Positions 14,398-28,671 are shown, counted from the stretch's first letter. The stretch is 64,000 nt of DNA from Eledone cirrhosa (GCA_964016885.1 CAXHJY010001228.1:1-64000); one strand, 5' to 3'. Numbers and translations: made by a program. Notes: generated from the letters alone by a model not told the origin.

Positions 14398-14887
14398 CCA
14401 CACACTCTCTCATCCCCCACCATCACAACACACACACACAGCCTCTTACCCCCACCACCTCTCACCCCATCCCTCTCACCTCACAACCGCCACACACACA
14501 CACACACACACACACTCTCTCTCATTCCCCACCACACACACTCTCTCATCCCCCACCATCACAACACACACACAGCCTCTTACCCCCACCACCTCTCACC
14601 CCATCCCTCTCACCTCACAACCGCCACACACACACACACACACACTCTCTCTCATTCCCCACCACACACACTCTCTCATCCCCCACCATCACCACACACA
14701 CACACCCTCTTACACACACCACCTCTCACCCCACCCCTCTCACCTCACAACCGCCACACACACACACACACACACACACTCTCTCTCATTCCCCACCACA
14801 CACACTCTCTCATCCCCCACCATCACAACACACACACAGCCTCTTACACACACCACCTCTCACCCCACCCCTCTCACCTCACAACCG

Positions 14888-14922
<35 letters not shown>

Positions 14923-15790
14923 CTCTCATTCCCCACCACACACTCTCTCTCATCCCCCACCATCACCACACACACACAGCCTCTTACCCCCACCACCTCT
15001 CACCCCATCCCTCTCACCTCACAACCGCCACACACACACACACACACACACACTCTCTCTCATTCCCCACCACACACACTCTCTCATCCCCCACCATCAC
15101 CACACACACACACCCTCTTACACACACCACCTCTCACCCCATCCCTCTCACCTCACAACCGCCACACACACACACACACACACACACACTCTCTCATCCC
15201 CCACCATCACCACACACACACACACCCTCTTACACACACCACCTCTCACCCCACCCCTCTCACCTCACAACCGCCACACACACACACACACACACACTCT
15301 CTCTCATTCCCCACCACACACACTCTCTCATCCCCCACCATCACAACACACACACAGCCTCTTACCCCCACCACCTCTCACCCCATCCCTCTCACCTCAC
15401 AACCGCCACACACACACACACACACACACACTCTCTCTCATTCCCCACCACACACACTCTCTCATCCCCCACCATCACAACACACACACAGCCTCTTACC
15501 CCCACCACCTCTCACCCCATCCCTCTCACCTCACAACCGCCACACACACACACACACACACACACACTCTCTCTCATTCCCCACCACACACACTCTCTCA
15601 TCCCCCACCATCACCACACACACACACACCCTCTTACACACACCACCTCTCACCCCACCCCTCTCACCTCACAACCGCCACACACATACACAGACACACA
15701 CACGCACACACACACTCTCTCTCTAATTCCCCACCACAACACACACTCTCTCATCCCCCACCATCACCACACGCACACAGCCTCTCACAC
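14398..15790. repeat. ~130-bp C/A-rich compound minisatellite
   Basis: Unit ctctctcatcccccaccatcac...cctctta...acctctcacccc...cctcacaaccgc(CA)n ctctctctcattccccac, about 10 copies. Confidence 0.9.
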
Positions 15791-15949
15791 CCATAACCGC
15801 CACCGCCACTCTCACCCCCACCCCACCCCCACCACGCGCACATCTCACCCCCCTCACCTCCACACCCTACAACCCCTACCACCCCCACACTTAAACCCAC
15901 ATACATACGTACGTACACGTACACACTGTCACACAGTGTGTACGTGTGT

Positions 15950-16180
15950 AGATGCAACTTCGCCGGTTCCGACGACAAATATTTCATCTGTTCCACCAAG
16001 AGAACAGCTCAGGAAATTAACGTTCTAGTGGCTGACCACCATTCCAGGAACACGGAGTTCTCAGGGAGATTCAGCGGGACACAGTGTATGTGACAAGGTT
16101 GGATCAATGCGAAAACATACACCGGGAATCGAACTATTTGACCTTAGGATTGTCAGCCTTAACCACTAGGCCACGCGCAT
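15950..16180 (-). mobile_element. Degenerate tRNA-derived SINE (second family)
   Basis: Minus strand gcgcgtggcctagtggttaagg (A box), gttcgattccc (B box), body gctgaatctccctgagaact; related to 60738-60922. Confidence 0.65.
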
Positions 16181-16299
16181 TCGCATACACACAGGCACAC
16201 ATACATATACATACATATACATATGACATATGATATACACACATACACACACATACATATTTATATAGATATACATTATATATATAATATATATATATA

Positions 16300-16491
16300 T
16301 ATTGACTACCAAACCAACTTCTTACATAAAAGTTGATCAATATTTATGGTACGTCAAAATTATTTATAAAACTGTTTATATATTGTATTTTATCTGAAGA
16401 AGGCATGCCATATTTTTAATATGGTATCCCCGAAATATGTATAATGAAATAAATATGGTTTTATAAATATAGTTTCCATTTGTTTAATATC

Positions 16492-16492
<1 letters not shown>
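16300..16492 (+). mobile_element. Family E fragment with hammerhead-like motif (~16385-16452)
   Basis: CTGAAGA aggc atgccatatt ttt aatatggtat cccc GAAA tatg TA; (TA)n flanks. Confidence 0.6.
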
Positions 16493-16533
<41 letters not shown>

Positions 16534-16539
16534 CAAACC

Positions 16540-16581
<42 letters not shown>

Positions 16582-16794
16582 CAAACCGTGTCACTCTTCT
16601 TTCCTGATTTATCATTACTCCAAGTGTTTACAACATAGGAATTACAGCGTACTCGCAGCATCACTATGGAAACGTCTTGTTGAGTCAAACTTAGCCAAGC
16701 GTTGATATCATCCACTACCCGGAGTACCATAACTAGACTACACTTAAGTGAACTACCTATAACAATAATTTGTATATATATATATATATATATA

Positions 16795-17110
16795 TAGAGA
16801 TTACAGTAATCAAAGTTCAGTTTAAGTCATTTATTTGCTTACAATTGTTTCCTCCAATCCGAGGTTTGGATTCTTCGGAGCAGCTATTTACTGATCTATA
16901 ACATACTTGACCTCCTTTTCAACCCAAGAGACACATAAAACATATGCGCATATTGATCAACAGTGGGGTGACATTCACTTAAACTGAACTTTGATTACTG
17001 TAATCTCTATATAACTGCTCTGTAAAACAACTGATGTTATTACATTGAGCTATTTATCTTACTGGTAATAGGATAGGAATTAACGACTATCTCTCACTAT
17101 TTAGGGTTTG
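16795..17110. mobile_element. Penelope-type fragment with inverted ends
   Basis: ~16795-16828 inverted at ~16977-17012; contains HHR on minus strand. Confidence 0.6.
16836..16882 (-). ncRNA. Minimal hammerhead ribozyme, U4-to-C variant
   Basis: Minus strand: tgct CCGAAGA a tccaa acctcgga ttgga g GAAA caattg TA agca; palindromic stem III acaattgt. Confidence 0.6.
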
Positions 17111-17177
17111 TGTATATATAATATATTACCATTAAAGGTTTTATTGCATACATAACCATAAATAGTACCCTTAATAC

Positions 17178-17208
<31 letters not shown>

Positions 17209-17657
17209 CACCCCAAACATAAAATTGGGATTATACTAAGGTATATCCTAATGTTTGTTGAGTGAGATGGAAGCCAGTCAGAGTATAGCTTAAACCTTTC
17301 TCTGTTAATGTATTAAATATATATATATATCAAAGGTATATATTGAGTTAGAAATTCAAAAATAGTCTCTTATAATAAAATAGCAATAAAATAGCTCAAG
17401 GAAAGAAATTTTTCCGGGCCGTATATTATAATTGAATGTGAATTGGATCGCGAAACAGCCTCGGCAAACGTTGTCTGGGTGATTGGTAGTTATCACAATT
17501 CCGGTTTGTATTTATTTTCTTGATTTATTCTTAAATTGAGCCTGGCAAACCCTATTGTCCATAGTTAGTATCTTTTTCACCTTAGCGAATCTGGTCCCTT
17601 GCGATTTGAACACATATATGTTTATGTCTGTGTTTTTATCTCTCTTTTATATTCAAT

Positions 17658-18099
17658 TATAATTGTTTCTACATTTGGCACAAGGCCATCAATTATCCCA
17701 GTGCATTACTGGTACTTTATTTTATCGACCCCGTAAGGATGAAAGGCAAAGTCAACCTCGGCGGGATTTGAACTCAGATCGTAAAAGGACGTAACTATGC
17801 TGGAAAGCATGGTGTCTGACCCTCTACCGATACTGCCAATCCACAATGATATATATATATACACACATATATATATATATATAATATACAATACACACAC
17901 ACATATATGTATAGAAGTTTCTATTTTTGGCACAAGGCCAGCTAATACCCAGTACATTACTGGTACTTTATTTTATCGACCCCGTAAGGATGAAAGGCAA
18001 AGTTAACCTCGGCGGGATTTGAACTCAGATCATAAAGGGACGTAACTCTATGCTTCAAAGCAAGGCGTCCGACCCTCTACCGATACTGCCAATACGCCG
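17658..18099 (-). mobile_element. Two tandem SINE-1 copies (17658-17844, 17915-18099)
   Basis: Both with A/B boxes and shared body. Confidence 0.85.
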
Positions 18100-18312
18100 G
18101 CATATAATTATGTATAATACATATATACATATATGTATAATAAACAATACACACACACACACACACGCATATATATATAATATACAATACAATACACACG
18201 CACACACACACACGCATATATAATATACAACACACGTGCACACACAATAATCACCTAGAAAATGCTTCATCATTCTGCACTTAACTCACCAAGCAGCACA
18301 AATCAAAGTAGA

Positions 18313-19448
18313 AAACAACAACAACAACAATCACAACAACAATAACACCACCACCACCTCCACCTCCACCACCAACATCACCACCACCACTACCATAAAC
18401 ACCACTACCAACACCAACACCACCACCACTACCATCACCACCATTACCACCACCACCAACACACCACCACCACCACCAACACTAACACCACTAACACCAC
18501 CACCACCACCACCACCAATACCACCACCAACAACACCACCATCACACCACCAACACCACTAACACCACCACCACCAACAACAACACCACCACCACCACCA
18601 CCACAAACACCACCAGCACCACCACCAACACTACTAACACCACTAATACCACCACCAACACCAACAACACAACCACCACCACCACTAACACCACCACCAC
18701 CACCACCACCACAAACACCACCACCACCACTAACACCACTAACACCACCACCACCACAAACAACACCACCACCACCACAAACACCACCACCACCACCACC
18801 AACACCACTAACACCACCACCAACAACACCACCACCACCACAAACACCACCACCACCAACACCACTAACACCACCAACACCCCAAACACCACCACCACCA
18901 CCACCACCAACACCACTAACACCACCACCAACACCACCACCACAAACACCACCACCACCACCAACACCACTAACACCACCACCAACAACACCACCACCAC
19001 CACAAACACCAACAACACCATCACCACCACCAACACCACCACCAACACCACCACCACCACCAACACCACCACCAACAACACCACCACCACCACCAACACC
19101 ACCACCAACACCACTAACACCACCACCAACAACACCACCACCACCACAAACACCAACAACACCATCACCACCACCACCACCACTAACACCACCACCAACA
19201 CCACCACTAACACCACCACCACTAACACCACCACCACCACCACCGCCTTCACCACCACCACTAACACCACCACCACCACCACCACTAACACCACCACCAC
19301 CACCGCCATCAACACCACCAACACCACTAACACCACTAACACCACCACCACTAACACACCACCACCACCAACACCACTAACACCACCACCACCACTAACA
19401 CCACCACACCACCACTAACACCACCACCACCAACACCACCAACACCAC
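18313..19448. repeat. (CAC/CAA)n trinucleotide array
   Basis: Direct reading. Confidence 0.95.
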
Positions 19449-19772
19449 TTACTGTATGTCTGTCTGTATGTCTGTCTGTCTGTCACACTGTCTTTTTCTC
19501 CAGTTGCCTCTCTTTTTGTCTCTCTCTCTCTCTCTCCCTGTCACTCTCTCTCTGTCTTTCTCTCTCTCTCACTTTGTCTCTGTGTCTCTCTATAGCAATA
19601 TTTCACGGCTGACACTAAACTAAAGCAAAAGAACCACACTACTACGAGTCCAGCTAGTAACACATACACACAAACGCACACATATACGTACGCAGACACA
19701 CATACACGCGCACGCAGACACACACACACACACACACACGGACGCACACATACACACACACAGAGACACAAA

Positions 19773-19806
<34 letters not shown>

Positions 19807-20318
19807 AAAGCCCAACTCGGGTACTCCGATTGACACCTACATAAAAACACAAACATACTCACAAACACACACACACACACACACACAAATAGATATATAC
19901 ATTCACTCACCCGCACACACACACACACAAATACATGTACACATTCACTCACGCACATACACACACACACACACACACAAATACATATACACATTCACTC
20001 ACGCACATACATACACACACAAACAAACTGACAAAAAACTTAAACAAAAGCGCAACGCGGATGTTACCACTTACGGCAAACACCTAGACAAACAGACAGA
20101 CAGACACACACACACACAAACACACACACGTACACACCAACACACACACACACATACACACACACACACACATAAACACACCTGTACGTTGAAATACCAG
20201 ATGTTGTGACTTAAATTCGAACTTGTCTGCAAAATATCAACTTCTAACTATCAAACGAAACTCTATTTTAAGGTAAACGTGTTATTTTTACATCTATTTG
20301 TCTATATCTATAAATACA

Positions 20319-20349
<31 letters not shown>

Positions 20350-20353
<4 letters not shown>

Positions 20354-20530
20354 TGGGATTCTACAGGACTAGAACTGTTTCATTCTTTAGAAATCATCAG
20401 ATTCCTGATGATTTCTAAAGAATGAAACAGTTCTAGTCCTGTAGAATCTCATCTATATTAAAACTTTTATACTCTGCTATGTATTGAGTACCTTACTTAC
20501 TGTGGTTACCTCCGATTCAACCCGGAATAA

Positions 20531-20531
<1 letters not shown>
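20350..20531 (+). mobile_element. Family C fragment, snap-back inversion, with complete HHR at 20399-20449
   Basis: agattc CTGATGA tttctaaagaat GAAA cag ttctagtc ctg TA gaatct preceded by its own reverse complement. Confidence 0.75.
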
Positions 20532-20598
<67 letters not shown>

Positions 20599-20660
20599 TG
20601 TGTGTGTGTGTGTGTGCGTGTGCGTGAGCGAGTCTGTGTGCGTGTATGTATGTATATATA

Positions 20661-20766
20661 TAACGAAGGAAAAGTGGTAAGGAACCAAATGCACCATAAC
20701 GCACCCAAGTACTCAGTACTTAGGGTAGTAGAGTGGGTATTAGGAAAATGTTTGACCCCGACGGCA
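20661..20766 (-). mobile_element. Family D short 3' fragment
   Basis: Homologous to 1121-1222. Confidence 0.75.
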
Positions 20767-20813
20767 ATATATATATATATATATACATACATACACACCC
20801 ATACAAACACACA

Positions 20814-20854
<41 letters not shown>

Positions 20855-20941
20855 GCACACACATATATATGCATACATAAATATATACATACACTCACAC
20901 ATATATATATATACATACATACACACCCATACAAACACACA

Positions 20942-20976
<35 letters not shown>

Positions 20977-21069
20977 GCACACACATATATATATGCATAC
21001 ATAAATATATACATACACTCACACATATATATATATATATACATACATACACACCCATACAAACACACA

Positions 21070-21104
<35 letters not shown>

Positions 21105-21270
21105 GCACACACATATATATATGCATACATAAATATATACATACACTCACACATATATATATATACATACATACATACACACCCATACAAACACACACGC
21201 ATATATATATATATACGCACACACATATATACATGCATACATAAATATATACATACACTCACACACACAC
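20767..21270. repeat. ~120-bp tandem repeat built from microsatellites (4 units)
   Basis: cacacccatacaaacacacacgc(TA)n cgcacacacat...gcatacataaatatatacatacactcac repeated. Confidence 0.85.
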
Positions 21271-21582
21271 ATATATATATATATATACTTGTGGATCAAT
21301 ATGTGTGCATGTCAGTGTATGCGTGTATATATGTATGTACATAAATGTTTATATTGAGTATGTATACTGCATACATATAGACTCCCATATACTATAAATA
21401 TGTATGTATATATGTATGTATATATGTATGTATGTATTTATGTATGTATGTATGTATATATGTATATATATGTGCATATGTGTATATGCATGTATGTGTA
21501 TATGTATACTAAATAACTCTATTGTATTTATATCTGGCCTTTTTAACCCCATCACATATTTAAACTAATTTCTTCCCTACAG

Positions 21583-22610
21583 ATATCTCTTTTATCATCC
21601 CTTATACCATATCTATTTTATCATCCCTTATACCATATCTCTTTTATCATGCCTTATACCATATCTCTATTTATCATGCCTTATACCGTGTCCCCCCTAT
21701 ATCCCATGTATCAACATCCTATTTCTCTCTATATATCGTGTATTTTATTCAATATCTCCGCTGTCTTACATGTACCCATACCGTATCTCGCCTATATACC
21801 AAGTATCAATATCCCATTTCTCTCTATATATCGTGTATTTTATTCTATATCTCCTCTATATATCATGTATTTTAGCTTATCTCCTCTCTATATATTTTAT
21901 CCAATATCTCCGCTATACTACATGAACCCATATCTCCTCTATATATCATGTATTTTAGCTTATCTCCTCTCTATATATTTTATCCAATATCTCCGCTATA
22001 CTACATGAACCCATATCTCCTCTATATATCATGTATTTTAGCTTATCTCCTCTCTATATATTTTATCCAATATCTCCGCTATACTACATGAACCCATATC
22101 TCCTCTATATATCATGTATTTTATGCTATCTCTCCTTTACTTATCATGTATATATACCACAACTCCTCTAAATATCATGTACCCATATCATATTTCCTCT
22201 GTATATCATCCTGTATTTTATCCTATTTCTCTATATATATCATCTATTTTACCATATCTCTTATCCGTATATCATGTACCTATACAATATCTCCTCTATA
22301 TATTATACCGTATTTCCCGGCGCCGAAGACGCTTCGTCCACGAGGGCGCACCCTAATTTTGACAACCAAAAATTTGAAAAAAAATAATAAACAACCTCCA
22401 GCTTCCAGGACGCATGGTAGATGTTTGAGACTAATTTTAGGGAAAAAGTAGCGTCTTCGACGCCGGGAAATACGGTACTTTACCATATATTTTATCTATA
22501 TATCATATACCTATACAATACCTCTTCTATATATTATATTTTACCACATCTGCTCTCTATATATCATGTATTTTATCGTATATCTCCGCTCTTTAACAAC
22601 TATCTATATC
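21583..22610. repeat. Degenerate pyrimidine-rich minisatellite with a 3-copy ~85-bp subrepeat
   Basis: Recurring atatctcctctatatatcatgtatttta units. Confidence 0.75.
22308..22475. mobile_element. MITE, Tc1/mariner-pogo type
   Basis: TIR ccgtatttcccggcgccgaagacgct / agcgtcttcgacgccgggaaatacgg, TA on both sides. Confidence 0.85.
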
Positions 22611-22980
22611 ACGTCCCTTTATGATCTGAGTTCAAATCCCGCCAAGGTTAACCTTGCCTTTCATCCTTACAGGGTCGATAAAATAAAGTACCAGTAATAC
22701 ACTGGGATAAGTGCTGGCCTTGTGCCGATAGTAGAAACAATTATTTAACATGTATTTATCATGTCAATTAATGCCACCCCACTAAATAGTCACAGTTATT
22801 TTGGGAGTATCGGTAGAGGGTCGGACGCCATGCTTTCCAGCATAGTTACGTCCCTTTATGATCTGAGTTCAAATCCCGCCGAGGTTGACTTTGCCTTTCA
22901 TCCTTACGGGGTCGATAAAATAAAGTACCAGTAATGCACTGGGTGATTGCTGGCCTTGTGCCTAAAGTAGAAACAGTTAT
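22610..22980 (+). mobile_element. Two SINE-1 copies (22610-22743 5'-truncated; 22806-22980)
   Basis: B box gagttcaaatcc and shared tail. Confidence 0.85.
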
Positions 22981-23212
22981 TTATTCTGGAACTTTTCCCC
23001 ACTGATTTGTTTTCTTATTGCTACACGTCACATCGATTACAGTCTGTTGTGAGATGTATTTTACACTTACGTCTCTAAGTCAACACAATCTCTCTCTCGC
23101 TCTCTCTCTCTCGCTCTCTCGCTCTCTACACACACACATACAACCGTATATGTATGTGCAAATAATATATACATATATACTTCTGTATGTACACACAAAC
23201 ACACACACATAC

Positions 23213-23255
<43 letters not shown>

Positions 23256-23427
23256 TATATATGTGCGTGCATAATGTATGTATGTATGTATGTATGTATG
23301 TATGTATGTATGTATGTATGTATGTATGTATGTATGTATGTATGTATGTATGTATGTATGTATGTATGTATGTATGTATGTATGTGCGTGTATATATATA
23401 TGTATATATGTATATATATATATATAT

Positions 23428-23592
23428 AACGAAGGAAGTGTGGTAATGAACCAGATGGACCATAACGCATCAGAGTACTCAATACTTAGGGTAGTAGAGT
23501 GGGTAATAGGAAAATGTTCAAGACCCGACGGTAGAGCTCAAGCCATCGAAACGGCTTGAGCTCTACCGTCGGGGTCTTGAACATTTTCCTAT
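23428..23592 (-). mobile_element. Family D fragment with snap-back inversion
   Basis: Arms ~23507-23545 / 23553-23592; GAAAcggcttgagctctaccgTCggggtc. Confidence 0.75.
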
Positions 23593-23609
23593 ATATATAT
23601 ATATATGTA

Positions 23610-24236
23610 TATGTATATATAAAGTTGTATGTTTGTTTGTTTTTTTGTTCACGAACTACTCCTATGGTTTTGGAGATCGACTCCCTATTCACAAAATTTC
23701 AGCAAATTTCAATAATATTAAGACACCCTAATGGGGGTTAAACTCTCTATAGTGACAATTTTGGCCAATAAATGGAACAAGATTTCACGAACTCCTCCTA
23801 TAGTTTTGGAGATAGACCCCCATAACTATATATATTCTGAAACTACATTGCCCAGGATACTTGGATAAGTATATTTCATTTTAATCAAAGGGTTCCCCGG
23901 GGCACAAAACTTCTGCTGAAAGTTTTTTCCCTTTAATTTAAACCATAGGTAAATGACAAGATATGATGCCTATTCACAAAAGTTTTGAATTGATATTTTG
24001 AAAAAAAATATTTACAAGAAACAAAATAAGATTTAATAATGTAATTTTGATTTGGTATATTACAAAAAATAATGTTTTCCAATTTTTCATGCATTTCATT
24101 TTACATTGAGTAATATTGAGATGCAGAGTTTTCTCCATAAATTATATCACTGATTTAAAATCAATCATCATTTTCTTACAAAAAAAAAAAAGAAAAAAAT
24201 ATGTGAAACGCAGCAAGGCGAGGGTAATTCGGCTAG
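23610..24236 (+). mobile_element. Probable non-autonomous Helitron
   Basis: 3' end gcagcaaggcgagggtaattcggCTAG followed by T, similar to the 34544 terminus; 5' tatataaagttgtatgtttgtttg; 5' TC not clear. Confidence 0.5.
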
Positions 24237-24242
24237 TATATA

Positions 24243-24553
24243 TCTGCAATTTCGATTTCTTTTCCATCTCGCTCATATATTCACCCAGCTTATACTGATA
24301 GAATAACTATGTAGCTTGTGTCTCTTCCATTCTTCGGTTAGCTTTCCTCTGTGTTGTTTACTTGTCTCACTCGCTTTACGCGTTTTAATTGTCCTAATAA
24401 CTTATTTTAGTTATTATTGCGCCAACGTGAGGTATATGATTTTTAATGCAATGAAATACCTATGACCGTTGGTAAATCACTGATGAGGGACTCATTTTAT
24501 AACATGTTATCCATGTGCAACCATGCAGTATTCTTCTCCCCATTTTTTCACAT
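24243..24553. mobile_element. Family B diverged copy with RNA motif copy 2 (24390-24492)
   Basis: Colinear with ~5700-6040; stems taataact/agttatta, ccaacg/cgttgg, aggta/tacct. Confidence 0.6.
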
Positions 24554-24576
24554 ATATATATATATATATATATATA

Positions 24577-24733
24577 TGGAAAAGAAATCGAAATTGCAGC
24601 TGGAGTCTTTTTAAGAATATTTATTTAATCTTTTTAAAAAGACTCCAGGTACATTTTCGATTTCTTTTCCTTATACTTTCTCCCGTGTAGGACATCTCGT
24701 TTTTATATTAAAAAAACAACTCATTTTCTTACA
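24577..24733. mobile_element. Family G Penelope-type fragment with inversion
   Basis: ggaaaagaaatcgaaattgcagctggagtctttt inverted at aaaagactccagg...cgatttcttttcc; homologous to 36288-36601 and 39145-39217. Confidence 0.65.
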
Positions 24734-24804
24734 TATATATATATATATATCCAAGGGCGGTGCCCCAGCATGGCTTCAGCCGGATGGCTGGAACAGCTAA
24801 AAGA

Positions 24805-24854
<50 letters not shown>

Positions 24855-24886
24855 AGATCAAAAGATGGTTAAAGGAGTTCCATGTA

Positions 24887-24953
24887 TTTTATTATGCGCA
24901 TTTCAAAAACAAACATCATCATGCAATAATATTTGTGTTTTCATCAGATAAAA
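24887..24953 (-). ncRNA. Type I hammerhead ribozyme with intact core
   Basis: Minus strand: ttttat CTGATGA aaacacaaatattatt gcat gatgatgtttgttttt GAAA tgcgca TA ataaaa; palindromic stem III; inside a fragment (24850-25087) flanked by (TA)n. Confidence 0.75.
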
Positions 24954-25083
24954 CAGGAGAACATGATATGAAGGCTAAAAAACACTTGTGGATAGTGCAG
25001 TTTTAAATCAACATATCAAACTATAGAGTGCTTCTTATCCGATATCTGCATTGCTTTATTGTACTACAATAAAACTCACCTCC

Positions 25084-25120
<37 letters not shown>

Positions 25121-25419
25121 CTCTCTCCTCTCCCTCCCCCTCTCTCTCTCCCTCCCCCTCCCTCTCTGTATATATACATCAACGACATTCATATATATAT
25201 ACACACACATATATACATATATAATACGCACACATATACATATATAATAGACACGGTTGAATAATTCACAAAAGTCTAAAACAGGAAGATCCAGTCAGCC
25301 GAATTTGTGTTTAATATTTTGACTTTATTACACATACACACATACATATATGTAATCTTTGTTTTAATAATTCGTGTTAAGGGTTGTTTATAACTGAATA
25401 TCTTTAAAAGTAAACGTTA

Positions 25420-25776
25420 CACGGTTTAGTGATTAGAACGTTGAGGCAACAATGGCGAGATTATGAGTTTGTGTTTGGTTCCTTTACTGTGTGATGTGTT
25501 GTGTCCTTCAGCAACACACTGTGTTTCACGGTACACCAGTTCACCCAGCTGGAAAAAAAAAATAGTTGCGATGTCACTGATGCCAAACTGTACAAGCCTT
25601 TGCTTTTTTTTGGGGGGGGGGACAACATCAGTGGCGTGGAGAGGGGGGAGACTGATATGCATGGGTAACTGCAGGTCTTCCACATAAACACATTGCCCGG
25701 GCTTGTGTGCCTCGAAGAAGAACTTTCTAGGTGCAAATCCCATGGCCGTTCGTGACCGAAGGGGCCTTTACCCCTT
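25420..25776 (+). mobile_element. Degenerate SINE (third family)
   Basis: Homologous to 29340-29629: gttgtgtcctt..gcaac, agaggggga, gtgcaaatcccatgg, tail ctttacccctt; further fragment at ~26330-26412. Confidence 0.7.
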
Positions 25777-25838
25777 ATATATATATATTTTCATATATAT
25801 ATATATATATATATACATACACACACATATATATACAT

Positions 25839-25881
<43 letters not shown>

Positions 25882-25895
25882 ACATATATATACAT

Positions 25896-25930
<35 letters not shown>

Positions 25931-25938
25931 ACATACAT

Positions 25939-26004
<66 letters not shown>

Positions 26005-26123
26005 TGAGAGAGACATTCCTATATATCTATACACGCACACACACATATATATATATATATACACTACATACATACATACATATATAGATAGATATATAGA
26101 TATATTCCTATATATCTATCTAT

Positions 26124-26174
<51 letters not shown>

Positions 26175-26255
26175 CATATATATATATATATAAAATATTT
26201 CTTCCATGTACTGTGCCGTTTGTTGTTATTTTTGTTATTTCTGTTTACCTTTTAC

Positions 26256-26296
<41 letters not shown>

Positions 26297-26665
26297 TAAT
26301 AGAATGTGCGGGTTCATGGAAATCTATATAAACACCTGGCCGGGGCTTGTGTCTCGGGGGGGGGGGACTTTCTAAGTTCAAACCTATGGTGAGCCATGAC
26401 TGAAGGGAGCCTTAAGATCAATATACGTGTAGGCGCGTCCAAGGCTGCGTGGCCGAGGATACCACTTCGTAAACCCATGTATTCATTTCAAGCGCATTAT
26501 ATGGCACCTTGACCAAGTGCCATCAAGGCTGGATTAAGTTCTTTTGAGACCTGAAGCACTTAAGAGATTATGGTGACCCACCAAAACTAATAGACAACAA
26601 ACTATTGGGAGAATGAAAAATACATTTACTTAAGAATTAGATGGAGCTACACTTCCTTTGATGCT

Positions 26666-28200
26666 CAAAGCTCGTGCTCTGGGTGTCATCCCGGTAAAGC
26701 CTAGTGCTCTGGGTGTCATCCCGGTAAAGCCGAGTACTGAGGGTGTCATCCCGGTAAAGCCGAGTACTCTGGGTGTCATCCCGGTAAAGCCGAGTACTCT
26801 GGGTGTCATCCCGGTAAAGCTTAGTACTCTGGGTGTCATCCCGGTAAAGCCGAGTACTGAGGGTGTCATCCCGGTAAAGCCGAGTACTCTGGGTATCATC
26901 CGGTAAAGCCGAGTACTCTGGGTGTCATCCCGGTAAAGCCGAGTACTCTGGGTGTCATCCCGGTAAAGCCGAGTACTGAGGGTGTCATCCCGGTAAAGCC
27001 GAGTACTCTGGGTGTCATCCCGGTAAAGCCGAGCACTCTGGGTGTCATCCCGGTAAAGCCGAGTACTCTGGGTGTCATCCCGGTAAAGCCGAGTACTCTG
27101 GGTGTCATCACGGTAAAGCCTAGTACTCTGGGTGTCATCCCGGTAAAGCCTAGTGCTCTGGGTGTCATCCCAGTAAAGCCGAGTACTCTGGGTGTCATCA
27201 CGGTAAAGCCTAGTACTCTGGGTGTCATCCCGTTAAAGCCTAGTGCTCTGGGTGTCATCCCGGTAAAGCCGAGTACTGAGGGTGTCATCCCGGTAAAGCC
27301 TAGTACTGAGGGTGTCATCCCGGTAAAGCCGAGTACTCTGGGTGTCATCACGGTAAAGCCTAGTACTCTGGGTGTCATCGCGGTAAAGCCGAGTACTCTG
27401 GGTGTCATCGCGGTAAAGCCGAGTACTCTGGGTGTCATCCCGGTAAAGCCTAGTACTCTGGGTGTCATCCCGGTAAAGCCGAGTACTGAGGGTGTCATCC
27501 CGGTAAAGCCGAGTACTCTGGGTGTCATCCCGGTAAAGCCGAGTACTGAGGGTGTCATCCCGGTATAGCCGAGTACTCTGGGTGTCATCCCGGTAAAGCC
27601 GAGTACTCTGGGTGTCATCCCGGTAAAGCCGAGTACTCTGGGTGTCATCACGGTAAAGCCTAGTGCTCTGGGTGTCATCACGGTAAAGCCTAGTGCTCTG
27701 GGTGTCATCCCGGTAAAACCTAGTACTCTGGGTGTCATCACGGTAAAGCCGAGTACTGAGGGTGTCATCCCGGTAAAGCCGAGTACTCTGGGTATCATCC
27801 CGGTAAAGCCTAGTGCTCTGGGTGTCATCCCTGTAAAGCCGAGTACTCTGGGTGTCATCCCAGTAAAGCCGAGTACTCTGGGTGTCATCCCGGTAAAGCC
27901 GAGTACTCTGGGTGTCATCACGGTAAAGCCTAGTGCTCTGGGTGTCATCCCGGTAAAACCTAGTACTCTGGGTGTCATCACGGTAAAGCCGAGTACTGAG
28001 GGTGTCATCCCGGTAAAGCCGAGTACTCTGGGTGTCATCACGGTAAAGCCGAGTACTGAGGGTGTCATCACGGTAAAGCCTAGTGCTCTGGGTATCATCC
28101 CGGTAAAACCTAGTACTCTGGGTGTCATCACGGTAAAGCCTAGTACTCTGGGTGTCATCACGGTAAAGCCGAGTACTGAGGGTGTCATCCCGGTAAAGCC
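26666..28200. repeat. 30-bp GC-rich minisatellite
   Basis: Unit gggtgtcatcccggtaaagccgagtactct, about 51 copies. Confidence 0.97.
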
Positions 28201-28606
28201 ACGGGTTAACTGGTGCGTGAAATTTGATGGACAGAAAAGACGGAAAATGCGTGGAAGATCGACGTATGTATGTGTGTGTGTATGTATGTATTTATGTATG
28301 TGTGTATGTATTTTTGTATGTATGTATGTATGTGTGTATGTATGTAAACATGTATACATGTATGTATGTATATTAACTGTTGAACTAGGTGACCTATTTT
28401 CTTTATATATATATATATATATAATGTATGTGTGTGTATGTGTTTGTATATAGATATAAATATATATATATAATATATAAACATATGTGTGTATTTATGA
28501 TCGTGTCCGTATTTACGTTTACTATTTAAGTCCGTAACGTAGTGGTTCGACACAAAGAGATCGATAAAAAAATTACAAATACATACATATATATATATAT
28601 ATACAC

Positions 28607-28665
<59 letters not shown>

Positions 28666-28671
28666 TATATA

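Noticed and set aside
14158-15726. 522-aa His/Thr/Pro-rich ORF
   Set aside because: Translation of a G-poor minisatellite in which stop codons are compositionally rare
18542-19357. Poly-Val ORF or mucin-like poly-Thr frame
   Set aside because: Pure trinucleotide array without supporting unique coding sequence
24431-24461. SECIS element in the family B motif (ATGA...AA...TGA)
   Set aside because: Helix II far too short and ATGA is not conserved in the other copy (atgg)
26896-28359. 487-aa repeat ORF (GFTGMTPRVL)n
   Set aside because: 30-bp unit is frame-preserving by length; starts in a microsatellite and is broken by a 1-nt deletion
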